A stretch of 64,000 nucleotides of DNA. It comes from Polyangiaceae bacterium. GTDB lineage: Bacteria; Myxococcota_A; Polyangia; Polyangiales; Polyangiaceae. The notes beneath the pieces were generated by a model. The model was given only the letters and a program-made list of their open reading frames with translations. It was not told the DNA's origin and searched no databases. Both the position numbers and the translations under genes were made by a program. The stretch covers positions 960,001 through 1,024,000 of the forward strand of contig CBDCTZ010000015.1 in assembly GCA_965222375.1 (NCBI GenBank). The letters are read 5' to 3'. Below are positions 1-7,361 of this stretch, one piece after another. Position 1 is the first letter of the stretch. Each line of letters opens with the position of its first letter.

Positions 1-4
1 GGGC

Positions 5-2221
5 ATGTTCCGAATTCGCGCGGCTGTCGCAGCAACGCTGCTGGTCGCAGCACTTCCCGCCTGTGGCCCGGCCCATTCTGGACGCGCTGGCCGTGGCGTG
101 GCCACGGGCCCCTTGGGCCCAGTCAATCCGACGCCTGTGAAGGACGCGGAGTTCGCGCAAAGCGCGTATCAAGTACTGTTGTCCGGAGAACGTGACACCA
201 AACGTCTCGACCTGCTGGCCGGAGTCGTTCGCCGTCAGTACGCACGCGCCGCGCGTCGATTCAAAACGGATCCAAAGGCCGGCCTGGCGGCGCTCACGGG
301 TGCCTCCTACTTGCTACGCGCCGGGGAGCTGCGCAAGGCCATGCTCAAAGGTGCAGCTCCAGCACTGCGTCGCGGCGCCAGCGAGGTTGCCAAGGTCGGC
401 GACGAAGGCAGATCCCTAGCGTACTACACGATGCTCCGCTCTCAGCTCCCAAAGGGACCTGAGCGCACTGACGTGGACGGACACTTGGCAGCCATGGCCC
501 GCTTCACCGCCATGCCGTCGACCGCGGGACCGATGCGATCCGCCGGGGACCGCCAACGCACGGCAACGAACCGCTCCCTCGTTGAGCCATCCCTCAAGAC
601 CCTGAAGCTGGCAAAGACCGCGACCGTGGATTGGATCAAGGCGGGTCTGGACTTCAATGCCACAGAGACTCCGATTCGCACGAACGCGGAACGCGAAGAG
701 GCGGTGGAAGCATATCGAGCCGTGCGCGCCGGCGGTGCGTCTCTAGTTGCATTGTACTTGAGACACGGTGACGCCCGAGGCGCCTTGGGCGCCTTGGAGC
801 AAGGTGATCTGCTTCGGGTCGTGCCCGCCGGGCTGACGGACCGGCTTCAGCGCGCCGCCGAAGACGACGACCCGGCGGCCTGGGGCGACCTGTATCAGCT
901 CTTCGAAAGCTCGAGTGCGGCGGCCCGGCCCGAAACGTCCATGGATGTCGGGTTGGGCAAGGCAGCCGCTTGGGGCGTGGCCGTCGAACTATTTCGAAGC
1001 GAGCCCAAGAGCATGCGGGGCGGCGCGCCGCTGGCGTCCCAACTCGTGGAGTTCGGGATGGCCGAGGTTGCGCCATTGGTGCTGGTACCGGCTCTGGGGG
1101 ATCGACCCGGCGTGCAAGAGCTCTCATGGTCCTTGGCTCTTGTCTTGCGGGCAATAGTGTCTGAAGACGAAACGGGAAACCTGGATGCTTCGCGCCGAAC
1201 ATTCACATCCGCGAAGCGGTTGCTGGAGTTGGCGGAAGGTCAGAACTACGCCGGCAAGCTACGTCCTTCTGCCGGCCGCCTCTACTACGTGATGGGCGCC
1301 CTCGAAACCCGTGCGGGTGAACTGTCTCGGGCACTGCCCCACGTACGCTCGGCGGTCCGCTTGGAACCCACCCTCGACGCCCTCGGCATGCTTGCGAACA
1401 TCGAGCGACAGCAGGGGGACACCCGTGGCGCCCTGAAGACCCTCGACAAGCTGGCCAACATGGCAAAGAAGACGGGAGCTCCGGTCGCGGAAGCCGAAGC
1501 CGCCCTGGCCAAGTTCGAGGTACATCGTGACACCAGGGACGCGGCCAAAGCGCAGGCGGCGCTGGTGGCGGCTCTCTCCGCAGCCATAGATGCCCGGGAA
1601 ATTGCACGTAGCGCCAGCAATGCGGCGCGAGCTGAGCGCGTCCTGGCGCGAACCCTCGAGCACTTCGGCGCCATGCAAGCCGCACGACGCGCAACGGAGC
1701 GCGCCTACGAGGCGGCTCGCAGCGACTTGCGTCAGTTGACCGCTACGGTTCTCGACGCCTCGAGGCGTGCACTCACCTTTGGCGATTTGCCCCTGGCGCG
1801 ACGGGCTGTGCGGCGTGCACTGGACGCTGGTCTGGATGACAACGACCTGGTCTACGTTGCATTGTGGTTACGCTTGGTCGAGCAGGCCAAGGGTGCCAGC
1901 GCAGACGGAACGGTGCAGGAGGCGCTGGCCAGCATCGACGACAACAACGGTTCTTGGGCAGCCCGACTCGCTGCCTGGGGCCGGGGCAAGATCGACGATG
2001 AGCAGCTGCGCAAGAGCGCAAAGACCCTGGTGCAGCGCACGGAGGCCGAGTTCTATGTGACCATGAGCAAGCGCAAGACAGCACCCAACATCGCTGGGCT
2101 CGAATCCATCGCAAAAAGCCGGGCCATCGAACTCGTGGAAGTCACGATCGCCCGCGACCTACTTGCGCGCCAGAAGTCGCCCTTGTCCCTGAAGCTGCCG
2201 GCAAACGTCAAAGTGCCCTGA
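5..2221 (+). CDS. Helical/TPR-like repeat lipoprotein, hypothetical
   Basis: 738 aa ORF; hydrophobic N-terminus ending LLVAALPAC (lipobox-like); Ala/Leu/Arg-rich helical repeats such as LYYVMGALETRAGELSRALPHVRSAVRLEP. Confidence 0.6.
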   Translation: MFRIRAAVAATLLVAALPACGPAHSGRAGRGVATGPLGPVNPTPVKDAEFAQSAYQVLLSGERDTKRLDLLAGVVRRQYARAARRFKTDPKAGLAALTGASYLLRAGELRKAMLKGAAPALRRGASEVAKVGDEGRSLAYYTMLRSQLPKGPERTDVDGHLAAMARFTAMPSTAGPMRSAGDRQRTATNRSLVEPSLKTLKLAKTATVDWIKAGLDFNATETPIRTNAEREEAVEAYRAVRAGGASLVALYLRHGDARGALGALEQGDLLRVVPAGLTDRLQRAAEDDDPAAWGDLYQLFESSSAAARPETSMDVGLGKAAAWGVAVELFRSEPKSMRGGAPLASQLVEFGMAEVAPLVLVPALGDRPGVQELSWSLALVLRAIVSEDETGNLDASRRTFTSAKRLLELAEGQNYAGKLRPSAGRLYYVMGALETRAGELSRALPHVRSAVRLEPTLDALGMLANIERQQGDTRGALKTLDKLANMAKKTGAPVAEAEAALAKFEVHRDTRDAAKAQAALVAALSAAIDAREIARSASNAARAERVLARTLEHFGAMQAARRATERAYEAARSDLRQLTATVLDASRRALTFGDLPLARRAVRRALDAGLDDNDLVYVALWLRLVEQAKGASADGTVQEALASIDDNNGSWAARLAAWGRGKIDDEQLRKSAKTLVQRTEAEFYVTMSKRKTAPNIAGLESIAKSRAIELVEVTIARDLLARQKSPLSLKLPANVKVP

Positions 2222-2232
2222 ACAGCGTGCCG

Positions 2233-2643
2233 TCATTCGCCCTCGGGCTTGCGCCCTAGGAGCATCTCGGCGATGTGCTCACCCAATTCATCCACCATCA
2301 GGGCCTCGACGACCCTGACCTTGTCGCGCCGCTCGTCGTCGCTGTCGAATTGGAACTCGATGCCCATTCCGGCGGGATTCGCAGGCGTCGCCTCTTCTTC
2401 GGACGTGATCCACATCACTTTTCCCCGGAGGCGTAGGGCATCGTCGAGCTTCGGGATACCCAGCGCAAAAATGAACTCCGTCCCGAGGGGCAGAGGGCGC
2501 TCGGTGGTGATGAAAGTGCCGCCCCGCGAGATGTTGCGGGTGTAGTCCGCGAAGAAAGTGTTGAGGCGCTTGTACTCCACCTTCAGCTCGATCGGCGTTC
2601 GCGCTGCGGAACGTCGCTCCGAGGGAGGATCAGAAGCGCTCAT
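2233..2643 (-). CDS. PilZ-domain protein, myxobacterial TIGR02266 type
   Basis: ERRSAARTP (RxxxR) and TRNISRGGTFI (D/NxSxxG) motifs; GKVMW...GMGIEF. Confidence 0.85.
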   Translation of the reverse strand: MSASDPPSERRSAARTPIELKVEYKRLNTFFADYTRNISRGGTFITTERPLPLGTEFIFALGIPKLDDALRLRGKVMWITSEEEATPANPAGMGIEFQFDSDDERRDKVRVVEALMVDELGEHIAEMLLGRKPEGE

Positions 2644-2723
2644 GACCGCAGCTTAGACGGGCCAGCGCTCAGCGGCCAAGCCGACAACCCCCAGGGGATT
2701 CCGGACCGTGCTATTTGCACGGA

Positions 2724-3812
2724 ATGCGCGATCCCTACCAGGTGCTGGGCCTCGACAAGAGTGCCTCCGAAGGGGACGTGCGGAGTGCCTTTCGCCGGCT
2801 GGCAGCGCAGCACCATCCGGATCGGAACCCGGACGACCCAGACGCAATCGCCCGTTTCAAAGAGGTCAATCAGGCGTACCAGATCCTGGAAGATCCCGAG
2901 AAACGTGCGGCCTGGGACCGCTACGGGGAGTCGGCCTTCCAACCCGGTGGCGTCCGGGCAGGGCAGGTCAACTTCGACGTCTCTTTCGATGGCATCTTTG
3001 GCGACATTCTCGGCGCCTTCGGATTCCGCACCGGGGAGCGAGGTGACATCAAGCAGTCCGTCAGCGTTTCCTTGGAGGAAGCCGCACGAGGGTGTGACAA
3101 GACCGTTCACTACGAGTGTACGGATGTGTGTTCTCGGTGCACCGGCAGTGGCGGTGAGCCCAAGACCGAAGTGTCGAGTTGCGGTGCCTGCGACGGGAGG
3201 GGGCGCGTACGCTTCCAGCAGGGGATGCTGCCCTTCGCCGTTGAACGCCCCTGCTCACGTTGCCGGGGACGGGGCCGCATCCCGACCACCCCATGCACGG
3301 AATGCAGAGGTTCCGGCCTGGTCAAGGCCAAGCGCAAAGCCGAGGTGAGCATCCCCCCCGGAGTGGACAGTGGTTCGAGTCGAGTTGTATCCGAGGCCGG
3401 CCATCGCACTCATCTGGATCGACCCGCCGGAGACTTGGAAGTGATCATTCAGGTCGAAAGCCATCCGTTCTTTCGCCGCTCAGGTGACGACGTCGTATGT
3501 GAGGTTCCCCTCACCTTCGCCCAAGCAGCCTTGGGCTCGGAGGTCGAGGTTCCGACCCTGGATGGCAAGGTCAAGATGCGGGTTCCGCCGGCAACTCAGC
3601 CGGGCAGTGTGCTTCGAGTCAAAGGCAAGGGCATGCCGCGGCGAATCCGCGGGGGTCGCGGGGACCAACTCGTGGAGGCGACCCTGGAGGTGCCAACGCA
3701 TCTTTCCGACCGCGCGCGAGAATTGATTGAAGAACTCGCGACGGAACTCGGCGAAGAGGTGCAACCTCAACAGCAGACCTTCGTGGAGAAATTGAAGTCG
3801 TGGTTCGGGTGA
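2724..3812 (+). CDS. dnaJ: Chaperone DnaJ
   Basis: J domain with HPD, four CxxCxGxG zinc-finger repeats, C-terminal ALGSEVEVPTLDG; ATG at 2724. Confidence 0.93.
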   Translation: MRDPYQVLGLDKSASEGDVRSAFRRLAAQHHPDRNPDDPDAIARFKEVNQAYQILEDPEKRAAWDRYGESAFQPGGVRAGQVNFDVSFDGIFGDILGAFGFRTGERGDIKQSVSVSLEEAARGCDKTVHYECTDVCSRCTGSGGEPKTEVSSCGACDGRGRVRFQQGMLPFAVERPCSRCRGRGRIPTTPCTECRGSGLVKAKRKAEVSIPPGVDSGSSRVVSEAGHRTHLDRPAGDLEVIIQVESHPFFRRSGDDVVCEVPLTFAQAALGSEVEVPTLDGKVKMRVPPATQPGSVLRVKGKGMPRRIRGGRGDQLVEATLEVPTHLSDRARELIEELATELGEEVQPQQQTFVEKLKSWFG

Positions 3813-3850
3813 CGCGCTTTGGTTCGACGCCCGACGAGACCGAGCACACA

Positions 3851-4537
3851 ATGCAAGCGATTACCTTCGACTTTGGCCAGACACTGGCAGAGCTCGACTG
3901 CGAGCTGTTGGCGCATCGCGCGGCCGAACGCGCCTTGCCGGTGTCGGCTGAAGCGCTGCAAACCCAGGTGGCAACGGCTTGGAGCGCCTACGGCCGGGCA
4001 AAAAGGGGTGGCGCAGAAGGGCGCGAGGCCTGGTGCACGTTCATGCGCACCCTGCTCGGGCGCGCACTGGATTCGAAGCACTCGCAGGCGCAGCTCGAGG
4101 ACGTAGTGCAGTGGCTGTGGGGCGAGCAGCCACACTTCAATCTCTGGCGCAAACCCATCCCAGGCATGTTCGAGTTAGTGGAGGAGCTCGTCGCAGAGGG
4201 ACACCGCGTGGGAATCGTATCCAACTCCGAGGGCCGCCTGGCAGAACTGGTTCAGGAGATGGGCAAGGCAGATTTGTTCTTGGACATCACCGACTCGGGC
4301 AGGTTGGGCATCGAAAAGCCGAACCCGGCGATCTTTGAACACGCCGCACGTCAGCTCGGGGTCCGAATCAGCGCGATCACCCACGTCGGCGACGCCTGGG
4401 AAGCGGATGTTCGTGGTGCGCTTCGGGCGGGTTGCCGCGCCATCTACTTTTCGCCGGAACCGGGGCCCGAAGATCACCCTTCGGTGGTGCGCGCCTTTGG
4501 GTCGGAAGAGGTTCGGCGCGTTCTAACAGCACCGTGA
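3851..4537 (+). CDS. HAD-superfamily hydrolase
   Basis: ITFDFGQTL motif I, IVSN motif II, EKPNPAIF and HVGDAWEADV motifs. Confidence 0.85.
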   Translation: MQAITFDFGQTLAELDCELLAHRAAERALPVSAEALQTQVATAWSAYGRAKRGGAEGREAWCTFMRTLLGRALDSKHSQAQLEDVVQWLWGEQPHFNLWRKPIPGMFELVEELVAEGHRVGIVSNSEGRLAELVQEMGKADLFLDITDSGRLGIEKPNPAIFEHAARQLGVRISAITHVGDAWEADVRGALRAGCRAIYFSPEPGPEDHPSVVRAFGSEEVRRVLTAP

Positions 4538-4590
4538 TACTCTGCGCGACCGAAGTGGGCGAGTTGCGCTGACGAAAGTGGACCAAGAAA

Positions 4591-5424
4591 ATGAATACAC
4601 GACGCATCGCGATGCTGGGTGCGGGCAACATGGCCGCGGCCCTAGTCCGAGGTTTGTTGGCCTCGGGGGACGTCAAGCCCACGCAGATCCGCGCCAGCGA
4701 TGTCCGGCAAGATCGCCTCGACGAGCTCGCCGCGGAGCACGGCATCGAGGTGACCATCAACAACCTCGAGCTCCTCGACTGGACGGACCTCTTGGTCCTG
4801 GCGGTCAAGCCCCAGGTCGTGGATCGCGTACTGGACGAAGTTGGTTCGCGGGTGAAGGCCGAGACCTTGGTGGTGAGCATCGCCGCCGGAGTCCCGATCA
4901 AGAGCATCGAATCCCGGCTCCATTCCGGCGTACGCGTCGTACGCGCCATGCCAAATACCGCAGCCATCGTCGAGGCGGGCGCAACGGGCATCGCGCCGGG
5001 CGCCCATGCCACCGAGGAAGACGTCAAGGTAGCGCGAGCTCTCTTCGATGCCGTTGGGCGCACGGTCGTGCTGGACGAGACCTTAATCGACGCCGTAACC
5101 GGGCTCTCGGGGAGCGGTCCCGCATACATCATGCTGATGATCGAGGCGTTGGCAGACGGGGGCGTGAAAGTCGGGCTGCATCGGGACACAGCACTGACCT
5201 TGGCCGCGCAAACCGTATACGGATCTGCAAAGCTGTTGTTGGAAACCGGAGAACACCCCGGTCGCCTCAAAGACATGGTCACCAGCCCGGGCGGCACCGC
5301 CATCGCCGGCCTGCACACCCTCGAGTCTGGCGGGCTGCGCAGAACGTTGATCGACGCCGTGGAATCCGCGACGGAGCGAGCAGTGGAGCTCGGCGACGCC
5401 ATGGCGAAAAAGCTGGAGCGCTAG
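4591..5424 (+). CDS. proC: Pyrroline-5-carboxylate reductase
   Basis: GAGNMA, LAVKPQ, RAMPNT, GLSGSGPAY, VTSPGGTAIAG motifs. Confidence 0.96.
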   Translation: MNTRRIAMLGAGNMAAALVRGLLASGDVKPTQIRASDVRQDRLDELAAEHGIEVTINNLELLDWTDLLVLAVKPQVVDRVLDEVGSRVKAETLVVSIAAGVPIKSIESRLHSGVRVVRAMPNTAAIVEAGATGIAPGAHATEEDVKVARALFDAVGRTVVLDETLIDAVTGLSGSGPAYIMLMIEALADGGVKVGLHRDTALTLAAQTVYGSAKLLLETGEHPGRLKDMVTSPGGTAIAGLHTLESGGLRRTLIDAVESATERAVELGDAMAKKLER

Positions 5425-5454
5425 TGCATCGATTCGATGAATCGATGCACTAGC
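5420..5454. repeat. Perfect 16-bp inverted repeat (possible bidirectional terminator or element footprint)
   Basis: GCTAGTGCATCGATTC-GAT-GAATCGATGCACTAGC overlapping the proC stop, between convergent genes; no U-tract. Confidence 0.6.
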
Positions 5455-5543
5455 CCCAGTCGCCGGGAGCACAGCTCCCGCCCCGCTGAAGTGAATTATG
5501 CGCTTCGTAATACCCGACGGGGTGCAGCGCGCCCCCACCCAAA

Positions 5544-5930
5544 CTAGTCCACCCAAGCGATCGTGCCCGCGAGCGCAAGGGCTAGCGGCTCTGGAGTGGC
5601 GGTCCGCAATAGGCGGTTGGAGTCCTTGGATTGCCCAGCCTCTGTGCGGCTCACCGTCACGTGAAGCACGCCTTGGTCCTGCGGGCGAGTCGTAGACCCG
5701 GCCATTTCGATCAGCAACGCTTGAACGCTCTCGTCGTGATACTCGGCGGTCGCGCTCAGCGGCACCCGTTCGCCAACCTGCGCCAAGCCTGGCACCCAGG
5801 ACTCTGAGAAGTCCCCTCGCTCGACTCCAAAGGCGAGAGTTACGTGACCGCCACGCAACACCGGATGGCGAGCCAGCGCCAAGACTCGCTCCCGACTCGG
5901 GGCATCCAATTGGACTTCCAAGCGGGCCAC
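5544..5930 (-). CDS. Small 2H phosphoesterase-like protein
   Basis: Two H-x-T motifs (GHVTLAF, LHVTVS) about 60 aa apart in a 128 aa ORF. Confidence 0.6.
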   Translation of the reverse strand: MARLEVQLDAPSRERVLALARHPVLRGGHVTLAFGVERGDFSESWVPGLAQVGERVPLSATAEYHDESVQALLIEMAGSTTRPQDQGVLHVTVSRTEAGQSKDSNRLLRTATPEPLALALAGTIAWVD

Positions 5931-5973
5931 GACGCAGCAGTATAGCGCAGCCCTCGACGTCGCGGTGTGCAGG

Positions 5974-7032
5974 TCAGCTGCCGCAGTGGGTCCCCAATCC
6001 CGTCAGCACGTCGACGCCGGCTCCGGTCCATTCCTGCGCGGGGTTGAATGCGCTGCCCCCGTTGGTCCTGCCCTGCAGCACCGAACACTTTCGGCGCAGA
6101 GTTTGGTCCGCGGTGGAGGTGCTTCCAGTGCCCCAGGCCGTCACAGGGTCGAATCCGGTCTGACCGAACACGTCGTGGGTCTTGCCACCGCAGATGATTT
6201 CATAGGCGTCGTTGCCGTTGTGGTTGATCGAACTCGTGAGTTGGTCGCAGTTTTGCGCGGACACGATCTTGCTGTGACAGATGACGAAAGTCTTGCCCGG
6301 TAGGAGCTGTCCGCCGGTCTGAATACCCGTGATCAGATACGGTGTCGTCGATCCATTCGAATACCTGCGCAACTCACAGCTAGACAGATCCACACTGCCC
6401 TTGCCGACATTGAACAGCTCGAGTGCCTTGTTGTTGCTCGAGCCCTCGACGTATTCGCTGAATAGAAGCGTACCGCTGCCGCTGCCGCCCCCAGAGCCGC
6501 CCGTCGAGCCTCCAAAGCCGCCGCTCCCCGACGTGCCACCGCCGGTGCCGCCGAAACCGCCAGTGGAACCACCACTACCGGAGCCGCCACCCGTCGACCC
6601 TCCAAAGCCGCCGGTGGAGCCTCCAAAGCCCCCCGTCGAACCGCCGAAGCCGCTCGAGGCGCCGGTACCCGTGCCGCCGGACGCGCCCGCTCCACCAAAG
6701 CCACCACTGGCCGACCCGGCGCTCCCAGCTGCGCCGCTGGCGCCGGCGAACCCACCGAACGCTCCGAACCCGCCGCCCCCGCCGCCGCACATGCCGGCAC
6801 TCTGATAGCCCTGATAGGCCGCCGCACAAGACTGCGCTGGATTGGCCGATTGGCTCAGAGACTCCACCTGCGCGTCACAGGCTGGACGCAGCGAGCTGTC
6901 GAGAGCCGTGCAGCATTGAGCGAGGGTCGCGCACTCGCCCCTCAGTCCGCCACCACCACCAGGCGACGAGCTACAGGCGAGGCTCAACAAGGCCAAGGGC
7001 CAAAGGCAAACTAAGGAGGCGGGAGATCGCAT
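5974..7032 (-). CDS. Lipoprotein with Cys-rich N-domain, Gly-rich linker and C-terminal lamin-tail (LTD)-like domain
   Basis: Lipobox LLSLAC; LLFSEYVEGSSNNKALELFN and NGNDA...TLRRK, typical of LTD modules in extracellular nucleases. Confidence 0.75.
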   Translation of the reverse strand: MRSPASLVCLWPLALLSLACSSSPGGGGGLRGECATLAQCCTALDSSLRPACDAQVESLSQSANPAQSCAAAYQGYQSAGMCGGGGGGFGAFGGFAGASGAAGSAGSASGGFGGAGASGGTGTGASSGFGGSTGGFGGSTGGFGGSTGGGSGSGGSTGGFGGTGGGTSGSGGFGGSTGGSGGGSGSGTLLFSEYVEGSSNNKALELFNVGKGSVDLSSCELRRYSNGSTTPYLITGIQTGGQLLPGKTFVICHSKIVSAQNCDQLTSSINHNGNDAYEIICGGKTHDVFGQTGFDPVTAWGTGSTSTADQTLRRKCSVLQGRTNGGSAFNPAQEWTGAGVDVLTGLGTHCGS

Positions 7033-7057
7033 GGGTTGTCACCAACCGAGTCGATTT

Positions 7058-7073
7058 CGCAAGGTCCGTGCCA
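7058..7073 (-). promoter_or_regulatory. Putative sigma54 promoter
   Basis: TGGCACGGACCTTGCG (GG-N10-GC) about 25 nt upstream of the ATG at 7032. Confidence 0.6.
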
Positions 7074-7361
7074 CGGAAATCCGCTCGAAAAAGTGGCGCA
7101 GCGCGGGCTCAATGCGGCGGCTCTGCCACAGTTCGCCCTGGGCAACGTGGCAGCGGCCCCCCAAGCCTTGTTGCACCCCACGGCGATTGAGCGCGGGGGT
7201 GGGTTGGGGGTCGCGGACATGGGCGGCCGGCGTGCCCTAATCCCAAGCTTCTTCGCGTGGTGCGCTGGGCGAGATCCTACGAGAGTCGTGCCCCGCCTCC
7301 GCACCAGAGACGCGACCCCAACACCAATGCTCAGATCTTCGCGAGCCCGGGAGCTAGCGCT

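Noticed and set aside
7207..7319. GGGGTCGCG...CGCGACCCC inverted repeat enclosing about 95 nt, possible ncRNA
   Set aside because: A 9-bp GC-rich pair is expected by chance at this GC content; no recognisable RNA family motif
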